A stretch of 64,000 nucleotides of DNA. It comes from Macrostomum lignano (lineage: Eukaryota). The stretch covers positions 186,001 through 250,000 of the forward strand of contig NIVC01001007.1 of the NCBI GenBank assembly GCA_002269645.1, given 5' to 3'. The notes below the pieces were generated by a model that saw only the letters and a list, made by a program, of their open reading frames with translations, made no database searches and had not been told where the DNA came from. Position numbers and translations under genes: made by a program. Positions 30,309 to 43,339 of the stretch are shown in pieces (the stretch's first letter is position 1; each line of letters begins with the position of its first letter).

Positions 30309-33300
30309 TTTACTGGTTCATTTTTTTCGTGCATTTTTAATTATCATGGTTTTACTGCCTCTTTTGTCTTTTCGCAGTTTTTTATTATCCTCAATTTAGG
30401 GAAGGAGTGATGTAAGAGGCGTGAATGTTTTCGCTGTTGTGTGGTTGTTATTGAGTCGGGGTTATTCATCTGCAAATAATCGCGATGTACATTGATTGAT
30501 GTACATTGCAAATATATAAATCGTTGCGCGTGGCTTTAGCCACTTCGTGTGTTTTTGGTCTCGCTTAACTCTCGCCTTCTCCCAGTTTACAATACTAATA
30601 CGCAACTTTGATAGGCAATTATGAACTCTTTCTCTCCTGTCACTCTCCACCTAGTTGACAATACATGCATGCATGCTAAAGAAATGCAATTGTTTTTATA
30701 CTGCAGGTATACATGTACATGTTCATGTCGACTTACAGAGCTGTGGCCGAGACATGTTAAGCAAGATTTTAAGTTTAAACTAAACAATTTTTAGCGCCTC
30801 CCAAGGCGTGAGTATGTACATGTAGCTCGGTCGACCAATTGTGAATCAGATACAACACAGAGAACAAAAAATTATGCGATATAAAAGGATATCAGGGAGC
30901 CTGAGCCTGATATTTAAAAAGCAGCTGCATGTGTCGTAGTAGAGTGAATCGGGGATGGCTTGCATGCAGAGATTGACTTGTCTAATGAGAAAGACTCAAA
31001 CTATGGACAACAAATTAATTAGTAATGATCGACACTGCGCTCGCAAATCTCTGGAACCCCCCCCCCCTGCAGCTTTTGCTGCATAGCTACAAGGACTACT
31101 TAACAACTCAGGACGTTACACTCGCGATTGGTAGAAATTCTAGAAAAGGCCGCTTGCTTTAGCTGTTTCTATGGCTTTTCAATAAGCTTTTTCGATAAAG
31201 AAGCAAGTGCTAACCTATCTAGTGGTAGGTGCTCATAAACTGTTCGCTATATTAACTATATATATATTTTTTTACGAATATATAATTAATAAATACAAAT
31301 ATAGTCGGTACAAGAAGTACATTACAATTAAAGAATAGGATATATGCAACTGATGGAACTCTGTATACAACTGTATAAGGCGAAATAGATCCAGATGAAC
31401 ATAAAGATGTTTAAAAGAGACATTCAGCTAGGTTTCAGTGGGCGAAGTCGGCGAGAGCAAGCGGTGGTTGATTGCCTGAAAGTCTCGGATTCTCTGCCTG
31501 AAGTCTCGGATTCCTATATAGATAGAGTTGGCCAGCCTTCGAGACACTCGTACACACAATTTTTTTCGAATATTTTCTCAAACAAGCACGGAACTGTCAA
31601 CACAACGCTGCCCAGAATCGCCTAGAAGAAATTGCTGACGTGGAACAGATGATTTTACCGGTAGACAGATCGACTGAAGCGTAGCTATGTGAGAATGAGC
31701 TGCAGGGATTGCAGAGATTTCATAGCTTTCATAGCTGCGCGTCATGTTGAAAATTGCTTTCAGTTGACTGCGCTGCAGCCTGTGCTGAAAACCCAACTCC
31801 CATGTAGATGCTAGCCTTCTACAGATAAAATTGAATAAACACCGCAATACAGTCACTCGCGTATCTTTATAGTAGGAACGAGAAATTAGGGTCAAAAGTT
31901 ACATGAATTACCTTAACTTGCACAGGCAACGCATTTGAGCCATGCCTCAGCTTCAGCTTCTTCCTTTGGAAAGCCCGAAAACAGTGCATTTTTCGCTGCT
32001 TCTATAATTGCTTCTGCATCCTGGGACGCAGCATTGATTGGCATTTTGAACAAAAAGAACGTGTTATAAGAGTTAGGACGAAAAACAAAAATTGTTGCTT
32101 CACTTTGTTTAAACCTTGCACTGAGAGTATGAGAGTTTGTTAGTGAAAAGGCTTCATTGCCATAGACACAGCGGAGCAAGCGGCCTTTTCTAGAATTTCT
32201 ACCATTTTCGCAAGTGTAACGTCCTGAGTGGTTAAGTAGTCCTTGCATATAGCAGGATTTTAGCGATCATGGTAGGCCTAAGTTTTCCCAGATAATATAT
32301 TTTATTCTAAGGCCAGCTAGAATAAATAGTACAAAATATGTCCCCATCTGCAATACCTACAAACAATGCAATTATGGGTCCCATCATATAGTTGCTTCAC
32401 AATTTTATAAAGTTAAATATGATTCTTCTAAAATGCCCATGAAGATCCCAAGCAAGCTATAAAAAATAGTAAACGAAAATTCTAACAAAAAAGTATTTTG
32501 TCCTATGCTATATATATAGTCCATTTTTAATCGATCGATTTATTCTGTTCTCTTGGTCAAACCATAGTTCAGCAACAAATTAACAAATCTTCACTATAGC
32601 ACAGCAGTTATTTACGCTATTCGATCATTATTCAAATTAAAAAATAGAGAAACATTCAAAGCTAATAAACGATCTAGCAACACGAATTATCGACTGAGAA
32701 TTGTTTATTTGACAACTTGGATTTTTTTGCAATTTTTACGATGGAAGAAACAAAACCGGTGAAGGTCATAAAATCACTTCCTACACTTGAAGTAGCACAG
32801 CTCGCTCCTCTTCACTCGTCAGAACGAGAGGTGGTGTGAGTAGCAGCCGTAGTTGCTGTGGATAATGTTCTGCGTGCCAGCTCTTGATTACGATCGAACT
32901 CACTCTCAGTTATGCACTTTGGGTATAGCCCTTGGCGTTGACGGTCAGGAGGCGTTGAAGAAGTACCTGACGTAGCTGACTGCAGTCTCGTTTGGAGGTT
33001 GGAATTGCACCCTGCGGCTCGGCGCCAGCGTGAGACAGTTTTGGATCGGACCTGAACTTGATGATGACGATGCGGGTGCTTGGCCGAAGCGAACTCCGCT
33101 CTCTGCAGTTTGGCAAGGGATTTTCTAATTACTTTCGTGATTTCTTAGTTTGTTTCTTTAATTAAACCTTCATTTTACAAATAATAATGAAATCCATCTG
33201 AAAAAACTTGCTCTCAAACAGGGCCGGTGTACAGAGAGGTCCAATGACTTTCTAATCGTCAGGTGTGTGCTTTCTGTGCCGTGCAGGGGATTGATCCAGG

Positions 33301-34317
33301 GCGTGGTACAAGACTCTGACGCGCGTTGTTAACGATCGAGAGCGATTGCGCATTTAAATCACGCAGGAAATTCTAAATATCAACCAACGAAATATTCAGT
33401 ACAAAGACCCACACACTGCAGTGACAACTGAATAATCTTGTTTGTTTACATTAAATTTAGCAGATCACAAAGACTGCTCTACTTGCAACCTGCAGCGTGT
33501 AAGGGACCGGTAATAAAGACTGGATGGTTTTCGTCATCAAATAGTTATGAACAGAATATATATTAATCCGAGGTATAGTCAACTTACTCGAAAAAAACCG
33601 AAGAAAGCGTATTCTAGACTGGAGCCGGTTGCAAGCTAGGGCGCTGCATGAGTATATATTTTACATTTGTAGAAGCGATTTCAGGGGAGGTTGAAGAGGA
33701 GTGACAGAGTCTTTAAATACGAACTGACGCGGACAGGTCTGCATGCAGCAAGCAGCTATCTATATGGTTAAATAGTCTATGGTTAAAATGACGGACGAAA
33801 ATTTCACGAAGTGAGAACGAGAGCCTGAACTTTAGTCTATGGCAAAAAGCTGCAAACGATATCCAGTTAACTAGAATAAGTTAATTTTAATAAGAGTGTA
33901 AATTATACTAAGCTATTATAATATGCTGGCTAGTTAGATTGGAAATGTGCATATACTCTATCACTGTATACTTGATATTATGTTACGATCTGTATTAATC
34001 CTCGATCTAAAAGTATATTAGAGAAAATGATGCAGCCTGGAGCTTCAAAGAGTCTTCGAGAAGTTCCGTGTGCTCAATTTTGAGTGCGTACCCGGAGGCA
34101 ATCTTAAACGGCATTGTTGTACCATGACCTTAATTGTGCCCGCTGGGCACTTATTCTTGCCTTTTAATGCCACAGACTACATTAAGCCCGCTTGCAGGAA
34201 AGAAATATCAAAATTAGCGGGCAGTTAATGACATTCAACACCCGATTGTCGATGTCAAACTTACTTTAATGTAAATTAGCGGGCAGTTAAACTATTATAC
34301 TCTGTAGTAGACAAAAG

Positions 34318-37022
34318 TGTCCTTCTTCATTCATTTATTTCTTCATTTCATTTCTTCATTTCTTCATTTACTTGAAATATGACCGACGGCCACATGCCGC
34401 CTATAATACGAGCGCAGCGCGATCAAACCATTTCCAGCTTTAGCAAATAAATAGTTAATGAGCACCGTCAAGCAGTGCCACATCTCCTCACCACCGAGGA
34501 GTGAGCCGCTCGGGGGGAACTCCTTTGTTCCCGCGTTCGCTACGCCTCGGGGCTGCCCCGGCACCTCGCTTTCGGTGTTGGGGCTGCCCGGCCGCGGAGT
34601 CTCAGGCTCGGCCGGAGTCTCCTCAGCCGCTGTCTCTGGTCCGCGCCCGGCCACTTGCTCCTGCCCTGGCGTGACCGTCGAGTCGACCGGCAGCGGCCGA
34701 ATTTGGTCCCGCTGGGCTAGGACCGGCCGGTTGTTGTCGTGGATGATCACCGCCGTGTTGCTGCCAGCTTGGACCACAAAGCGCGCGGGCTCGGCCGTTA
34801 CACTGGAGCTTGGCTGGTAAACGACTGGTTCGTCGATCTCTAAAGTCATTGTCAGCGGACTTCTCAGCTGTCGGCCCATCAGCGCCGACGGGCTGCCCCG
34901 GCCGTCGCTCCCCGCCGTCGAACGGTAATTGAGCAGCAGCTTGGCCAGGTATGCTTAGAAGGAGCCGCGGCGTGCTGCGAATGTCCGGAGCCCGTGCTTC
35001 ACCGTCTGGACAATGCGCTCAGCACAGCCGTTGGACTGTGGATGGTACGGCGGCGAGTGCACCAGGTTGCACCCAATGCGCTGCAGCCACCCAATGCGCT
35101 GCTGGCGCACGCTCTTGAAGGGACGCTCGGCCTCAGAGCAGTTGCTCCAGGCGAATTGTCGCGGATCCGGCGTTTGATGCCCAGCAGCACTGAGTCAGTT
35201 GCATTTGCCTGCTGAACGTCCTCGAGTTTCAGCACGTCAGTCTCGGTCCAGTGGATGACCATCTCGACCAACTCCGGTTGCTCGGGCTTCTCCTCGAACT
35301 CGAGCCTCGACATTGCGTCGACATGTGGGATGCTTCTTCCGCGGACGTACGCGATATCGTAGTCAAAAGCAACCAGTTGGATGGCCCGACGCGTGATTCT
35401 CGCAGACGTGACCTTCGGGATCTCCTTGGCTGGGCTGAAGATGAACTCCAGTGGCTGATAGTCGCAGTTCAGGGTGAACTTTGCCCCCCAGCATGGCGAG
35501 GGTCTCTCGCTCGACGTTGGAGTTGCTCTGCTCCGCCACTGTGAGCCGTCGAGACAGGTAGATCATCAGGTGCTCGTCTTGAGTCAGAATGGCCGAGATC
35601 GCTTTCTCGCTGCCGTCTGTTGTCAGTGTCGTGCGCTTGGAAGCATCGAAGATGCGATCTACTACGAGGTGCTCATAGATACGCTGCCAGAGCCTTTTTG
35701 AGGTCGTCGAATGCCTTCTGCTGGTTCTGGCCCCACTTGAGTGGTGTCTGCTTGCTTCTCAGCATTGTGAGTGGCTAGCGTAGGCCTGAACGTACCGCGC
35801 GTAGTAGTTCGTGAGCCCCAGGAAGGATCCAAGCTCCTTGCGGTTCATCGGTGCACGGGTCTGCTGGAATTTTTCCAAAAGCTTCGAGTCGGGCCGAACA
35901 CCATCAGCTGATATCTTGTAACCGAGGAATGAGATCGCAGTGCTCCTGAAGACGCACTTACGCTCCTTGATATGCATTCCGGCCACCTTAAACTTGCGCA
36001 ACAGTTTCTCGACTTTCTCGTCCAGCACGGCCTCGGACCTGGCTCCGACACAGTACAAGGATGGTAATCAACCGATATTTAGGGACTATCGTAGGAACTA
36101 TTAGGAATAGGACTTAGGATTTAGAAAATTAGGGAATTGCATTGTTATCAGAGCGTGGTGGAGTGTAGCAGTTGTGGACAGCTGCACTCTTACAAAAAGC
36201 CACAAGTGCTTGATGACGGCATTGCAGAGGGCGAGTGCAGGCCGCCCTAAAAGTCTGCTTCCACTTTAGAGGGGTTGTATGCCTTTATGTGGGGCGGGGT
36301 TCAATTACATTTTTAACAGAGACATTTCAGAAATCCCACGAGAAAGGGGAACCGTGAGAATCGGCCGGAATTGCGCGGTGGCTGGAAGACGTGAGAAATG
36401 ATAAAGCAGACAGTTTCACAGGGACTTCATCGGGGAAATTTACTATAAATAAGGGAGGGGTTAAATGTCTAAAACTTTACTTTTCTCACTCTCTTTTCAC
36501 TCTCTTTTACACGCCTTGTATTAACTTTTGGATTGCTTAATAGTTTGTAAATCACGACGACCGCTTCTGCAGACACCTGTGACCGGAGGGTAAGACTGAG
36601 CACTGCCATGACTATAGATTTATGAATAGTAGCGTATCGGTCTCAGACCAGGTAGATAGGCGTAATATATATATTAATAGGATTAATAGGAGTATTTGAG
36701 TAGCTTAGTTATACCGTAGTGTCTCAGACTTATTCTCCCTGCTTGTAGCTCGCTTATTTGCTTATTTACTTATTAATACAAACGTTGAAAATGTAGTAAT
36801 AAATATAATTATATGGTTGATCGGTAAATAACATCCAAGCATATTCTACCTCGTTTGAGTTACTATTAATCATATGTAAGGTTCTTAGTTTGCGGCCAAC
36901 TAGGAAACTTATACACAGACATCGTCCTGGTAGATGACCAGGTTCGACACCAGACCACCGATCATTGCTTCCATGGCCGCCTGGAACTGTACGCTCGCCA
37001 TCTTCACGCCGTAGGGCATCCT
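34318..37022 (-). mobile_element. Second Gypsy element, 5'-truncated and decayed (RT-RH-IN remnants, PPT, 3' LTR 34318-34482)
   Basis: RMPYGVKMASVQFQ...VIYQDDVC|VGA RT split by the insert; FLGLTNYY; TDAS/EREALAI-type RNase H; SPPYHPQSNGCAER integrase. PPT GGTGGTGAGGAGA is followed by TGTGGC...GGACA. Confidence 0.88.
36054..36913 (+). mobile_element. Solo-LTR-like element (860 bp), copy 2, inserted in the Gypsy RT
   Basis: Ends TACAAG...CTTATA; TSD CACAG at 36049-36053 and 36914-36918. Removing it restores YQDDVCVGA. Confidence 0.85.
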
Positions 37023-38140
37023 TGTCCAGCGTAGCAGTCCGATGTCGATCGTCTTCGGGGACTTCCGTAAGGCGTTCGACTCGGTGCTCAGGCTTGCGAT
37101 CGCATGGTTGCTGTCCTACTGCGACGTTCCCGCTGCATTGGTACCTGCAGTTATGGACCTGTACAGTGATTCCAGGGCGTTTGTCCAGACGAACGACGGC
37201 CCCACTGAAGAGTTCGCGGCACAACCTCCGGCATCCTGCAGGGCGACACGCTGTCTCCCCTGATTTTCATCATGGTCGTGGATTATGTGCTACGCTACTA
37301 CCTTCAAGAGGACGACAGCGACATGCTTGTCCCATGCCGACGCTCCCGACATCCTGCTGTTCTTTTGCCTGCTCTCGCGAATGCCGATGACATTGCGCTC
37401 CTCTGTCGCGACCCAGCTGGTACCCAACGCGCTCTTTCCCAGCTCTGTGAAGAGGGCCCCCTGTTGAACAATTATTGGGCTGGTGGTCAACGCGCGCAAG
37501 ACAGAGGTGATGCATGTGGGCACTGACACCGCCCCGGGACTTTTGCTGCCCAGCGGAGACGCTGTCGCTGTGTGCGAGGACTTCCGCGGTACCTCGGATT
37601 GCTAGCAACTAGTCCGGACTCGATCGTCTCCGATAGGGGGAACCAGACCTAGCGCGCGGCGCTCCTGCTCAGCAACGTCTTCAACTCAGCTGCGAGGGAC
37701 GGCCTGAAGATGCGCCTCTTCCGCGCGGTCTTGCAGCCGATCCTCCTGTACGGCATGGCACACGAGACACCGACACACGAGAGCGAGCCTTGGACGCGTT
37801 CTACAGGTCTCTGCTGCGCTACTCCCTGGGCGTGCACTACTCCGAGAAGCCGTCTAGATAAATTATGGCCCGTGTCGACGTTCCTGACCTGAGCGTTATC
37901 CTGCGCCGGTGCCGCCAGATGCTTGATGGTTCACTCCTACGGTCCTCCTGCACCATGCAGCCGACGGAGCGGAAGCGCCATGGCCAAGGGCGAACTGTGA
38001 CGCTGGACTGATTTTTTTGTGGCTGACTTGCAGGCGCTGGGTCTCAGCTCAAACTGACGCTGCCTGCCCCTCCCACCTGTTTCGCGAACGTGTTTGCGCA
38101 ACACGATCTTTCTAGTTTTTGCGTTTCTTTATCTATTTAT
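37023..38140 (+). mobile_element. 5'-truncated, frameshifted LINE reverse-transcriptase fragment (RTE-like)
   Basis: IVFGDFRKAFDSV, QGDTLSP...IMVVDYVLR, ANADDIALL, VNARKTEVM and FRAVLQPILLYG motifs spread over different frames. Confidence 0.85.
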
Positions 38141-38189
38141 TCTTCTTGTGACTTCGACTATTATTGTGCTTAATTGTGCTCAAATTTAT

Positions 38190-38452
38190 CATGTTGTTGG
38201 ACTACTCTGATGCAGATCAGAGCGACGATTTTGTCGAACTCAAGCGGTGGCGCGCGTCTAAAAAGCGCGTCAATTTCATCTGCGGACGTCAACTACAGCG
38301 ATCACATGTCAAGGTTTCGGCTACGGGAGAAACACGTACAAGAAATCTAATAGCATTGGAGCGCTTTTTTGGCCACAGGGGCAAACTTTTCTGTCATCCC
38401 CGACGCTCATGGCGTGTCCAAGCCAGCTGTCCTCAGAGACGTAGATTTTTTA
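38190..38452 (+). pseudogene. PIF/Harbinger-like (DDE_Tnp_4) transposase N-terminal relic
   Basis: Across frameshifts it reads KRVNF..SDHMSRFRLREKHVQEI and LIALERFF-ATGANFSVIPDAHGVSKPAVLRDV. This resembles the HARBI1-type ALxFFATG..F....D..G.S...V.R motif. Confidence 0.68.
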
Positions 38453-40038
38453 CCATAGACAGTTAAAAAATAGCTACAAGCTTGTAAAATTTTAGGTTTT
38501 TTGCTGAAATCTACAAGTAGCTTTGGGAAACCCTTGTAGCCTTAAGTTGTATAACTTGTATCTGGCTATTAGTTTGTTTATAATATAGAAGCTTATAAAT
38601 ATATCATATTCAAACCCACAGGTTTAATTCCAACCTCTAATCCTGTTGCTGCTGCTACCACGGATATGTACATGTACGCGATGTTCCTGATGTACGAGGC
38701 AAGTGGTGCTACGGACGTCAGCGGCGACCGTCTCAACCTTCAAGCGCACCTGGATTCCTGCAGCTGTTGGCATGGACACCCCAGTAACCAAACAGCATGG
38801 TGATTGAGGAGGATCAAGACAAAGTAGCGTCTTTCAACTCGCAATGGCAGTAGTATCTTTCGGCCAGAGCTGCAGGATTTTCTGTCTATCGTCGGATCGA
38901 TTCGGACGACCAAGCCGTCAGCCTGAGGTGTTTCCATAGTGGTGAAACCACCGGGAATAGCGGCTGCCGAGTGAAGCAGCCAGTGTTGATGTTGGTGCCG
39001 GTGGGTCATCTGATCATGCTGCTGCTGTTGCTTCCAGGCAGGAATGCGAGATATGTCACCACATAAACTGAGAAAAAAAGCTTCAACGAGAAAGGAGGGC
39101 AGCGTCGGCATTACTTGATGTTGGCTTTTCCTCATAAAACTGTTTTCTGTGAACAATAAGTATTGTTTATTTTTCATTTCCATGCCTCTACTACGCATGA
39201 ACATCCGTCCTGGAAGGGTGGCCCTCGGAGTAGCAGCAGACCGACCGTCCATCGATGCCATATTTGGCCGCTTGACCGCTATATCTCGTATTCCGCACCA
39301 GTAAAGGCTTGAACGTCTCTGCCATCCAGAGCCACAGCCGAGGGACAAGATTTGCTGCTCTCGAGCGTCTCTACATGACTGGCTGACTTAGTATACAACG
39401 ATCCGACAAATTTTCGCCGCTGAAATGCTCTCCGGAAATTGCATGGATCCTTCTCGACCGAATTTTTCGATGGCGAAACCCCATTCGTTCTCAAGCAGTG
39501 GCAGGTTACATGTACTTTGATCCAGTCATTTATATACATGCATGCTATCAAGAAGCATGCATGCAGCTTCCACATTCTACAGAAAACATTGCACATGACA
39601 GAAACTTTGCAAAATAAAGGAAGTTGTTAACTAACTTGGTGTTTTTTATTTTTACATGATGATTGGCGTCCGCATTTGATGCAGTGCATATAGCGGCCGG
39701 GTTCATCCAATGATCGATGAGAGTCGAACCCCGCCATTTCAGCAACACACACAGCGCAGGCCGCGCAAACATTATAGCTGATCGTATATTTCTCAGTCTA
39801 GAAGATTGTAATTTGAGTTATAATTATGAATTCACTATTCGGTCCTATCTTTTTAAAAGGAATATACGAGTACATGTAGGACGATTATTCAGTCAGTGGT
39901 CAAAACAAAAATTGTCTTTTAATTTTGTAGCAGAGAATATCTAGTAGACAGACCATAAAATAAAAAATTAAACAGTTTGAAAGGAAGCCGATCGAATAGA
40001 AAGAACGACATTTGCAACAGTCGACCACCCCCAAAAGG

Positions 40039-40203
40039 CATGGATATATAATATGACAAGATATATATCTTCTTGTGACTTCGACTATTATTGTGTTTAG
40101 TTGTGCTTAAATTTATCATGTTGTTGGACTGCTCTGATGCAGATGAGAGCGACGATTTTGTCGAACCCAAGCGGTGGCGCACGTCTAAAAAGCGCGTCAA
40201 TTT
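40039..40203 (+). mobile_element. Second, shorter copy of the Harbinger-like relic 5' end
   Basis: 40066-40203 duplicates ~38140-38277. It is preceded by CATGGATATATAATA at 40039. Confidence 0.65.
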
Positions 40204-43200
40204 GTAGCAGATTTGTAGCAGGTATGTTTCGATTATATGTTTGCGTGATTGTACTGTAGCTGTAAATAGATAATTATACAGAGATATATTAGGTTTCGAT
40301 AAAAATGGAAAATGATTAGCTTAGGAATACTTGCAAACAATTAGCTGAGCGATAGGGCGAAAGGACAAGCCTACGAGTCGAAAAACATAGGTATAAGAGA
40401 CACCTCTACAGCGCACATATTGCACTGCATGTACAACTACTCCCTTCCCATGCAGCAACCACCGCAAAAACATGCAGCTAGGCCCATGAAATTAGTGAAC
40501 CCCGGCTGCCAGTAGCAGAAAATTGGCTGACCGATCTTATGAGGCGCTTGTGAATCTTAAATGGCACTAATGAATCAAAAGCATTAACGGCGAAGGCGAC
40601 TTATTTTTTAGCACACAGTTTCAAACTTTTTATTACCGGATTTAGTTTAAGGTAAGTAAGCTGTATAACAAACATTTTATTCCATATTTGTTTGATGGAT
40701 ATTTTAGACTTTTCTCAGATTTTTATCTTATTAAGCACTCTATTATTTATTAGGAATCACATATTTTGCTTTTATCAATAAGACAGAAGTGGCCATGTGC
40801 CTGACGAAAGAGAAGTACATACAAAATTAGAAAAAATTCTATTTTAGTTTAATCTGTAAGTGTGTAACCTCTGTTAGGAAACTAAATTTGTCATTGCATC
40901 ATCACATCCATACATTTAAAAGTGACGATTTTCTTCTCCCTATGACATTATCTGCTTATGCAATTATGTGTACTACCAATTCAAATATCAAATTGAAAGC
41001 AATCGACAAGAATAACCCAAAAATCTTTACTGTTTTTTCTTAAGACTTAAGCAAGCCCTTTGCTTAGGCCCTATTGTTAAACTTTGAGAAAAAATTTTTG
41101 TTGTGTACTGTGAGGCCAGCTAGACCTAGTTAGCTTGCTACTTTAGAAGCAAACGTGTTTGGATTGACTTCACTCATTCGAATTTAAGTCAAATCCCTTA
41201 GGCCTATTTATCGATCTAGCCTAGGTCGTCAGGCCGAGCCTAGGCCTAATCTTGTGAGCTTTTGCAATAACAAATCAAGCAAATGCCAAAGTCGAGCATG
41301 TGCTGCATCAAAGCTCTTCGGCTAAATGAGTCTGTGGCGTTGTTTGATTACTTTTTCCTATATAGAAAACTGGCTTTATCTAAGCATCAACAGTTTCTTT
41401 TCCCTTTAAATAAAACTCCATGGAATCATTTTGATTTATTTTCTTGTACATTTGGTTCTGACCATGTTTTGTTTTGCTATGAAGTTACACAAATTACTGT
41501 TTGTCCAAATGAAGTTGAAAAATGTGGCTCATGTAGGCATAGGCCTAGCTCTTGTGCTAATCTTAATTTACTAAAATCATCAATTATTAGGTGAGTGGTT
41601 ATATTTTGTTGTTTTTGATAATGAAATAGTCCTAATTAATTATTATTTTTTAAAAAATCTCTTAAATTGAGTTTTATTATGTTTTTCATATTATTGTCTA
41701 ATGATTAGATTAGGCCTAGGCCTATATTGTAATTTATAATTTGTAGGCCTAGTTTTTAGTATTCTTTTATTTTACAATTCAGATTTTTTCATAACTTCAT
41801 ATAACTTCAAATAAAATCATATAATCACCATTAAAATAAGTGACAATAAGCCATTTTTTTAATATTCTATATGGGGTAATAGTCATTTCAGTGATACGTC
41901 ATTTCGATGATAGACATTTCAATGATAAATAGTCTTTTTGGTTGACAATGACAAGTTGATTTTGTTACCAACACATTTTGTTTTTGATAAAAATTAACAA
42001 AATTATAAATATAAGTCATTTTAGTGATAGGAAATGCTTTATAATATCAGGTTGGAATACAATCCACTTTAGTAATAGCCACTTTGGTAACTGCCACTTT
42101 GGTAACAAAAAATGACTACTTCAATAATAGCCACTTTAGTAATAGCCAGTTTGGTAACAAAGTAGATTTAGAATTGTCAACTTTATATCTTTATGGTTAT
42201 TATGTTTTGAAACAAATAGTTTAAAAGTTAATATCTAGAATATTTTATTACTATGTATGGTTTAATTTTCTAGTTGAATTATATTATAATTTGTTTAAAT
42301 TTGCATATTAAGTTTATAAAAAAATTGAAAGCTATGAAAATTTAGCAAAAGGCCACATATTAAAATTGAAAATTTAAAGTAGGCCTAATGAATGAAGGGA
42401 AAAAGTAGATTCTATAGTTTTAAGTCATTAACTTAGTTTAGATAGTTTAATCATAAGTCATTAAATCTAATATGCATAATATTTATTCAGTTACAAGATA
42501 TCTTGGTGCATGTATCTGAGGTATCTAGAAATTAAAATAGATTGGTAAAAATACTTTTAAACAAGTTAAACACATACAGATGCATGTATCTCAATTATTT
42601 TTTGTTGTTCTTTTTTTAAAGTTTATTGGTGCATTCTTTTGGAGCATATCAATTAGTACATACATGTACTGTTATTCTTTATTTATTCTGTTATTTTAAT
42701 ATTTATTATTTATTATTATTATTTATTTTTATTTATTTATTTATTCTGTTATGTTCTTTATTTTATTCTGTTATTTATTCTGTTATTTGTTACCAAAGTA
42801 GCTTTTTGTTACCTTCAGATTTGCAAGGTAACTTACTATTTAAAAGCAAAATGGCTATCACCAAAAGGTATTTTTCTTGTTACCAAAATGACTTTTGCTT
42901 GTCACCAAAATGACTATCACCAAAATGTCTTGTCACCAAAATGCCTATAATCCTTCTGTATGTACCTTAGAAAAAGCAAATAAAAATTTTGGTATGTACC
43001 CTAAAAATTTCTAGCATATATACTTTCTTCCTTACTATGGACAAAGGGAATAGTTTTTTTAAATATGTCATACTAATTGTACTTTGTTTCTAACAAAAAA
43101 TCAATATCTAAATAAATAGTTCAAGCAAAAAATAATAACCAATTGGCTACTGGTTTAAAAATGAATATCTAAGTCTTAAAAGTTTTTTTCAAGACCTCTA

Positions 43201-43339
43201 CAGATAATAATTACAATAGGCATATAATGTAATAAATATTCAACTGGAAATTTCTATTGCCATTGGCATTCTTGGCAAGATACTTGATGTGCATAGTGTT
43301 ATGTTTAATACATATAAATTGTGGTAGACAAGGCATAAG

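Larger units (their letters stand above)
25782..30591 (+). mobile_element. Ty3/Gypsy LTR retrotransposon, both LTRs present, recent, pol disrupted
   Basis: LTRs 25782-25962 and 30411-30591 (TGT...ACA, one mismatch seen); TSD ATAC; PBS TGGTGGCAGCGG; PPT AGGGAAGGAGTGA; order gag-PR-RT-RH-IN. Confidence 0.97.

Noticed and set aside
38740-39348. 202-aa minus-strand ORF
   Set aside because: No domain recognised, no ATG start in the track's frame until mid-ORF, and it lies within TE debris.
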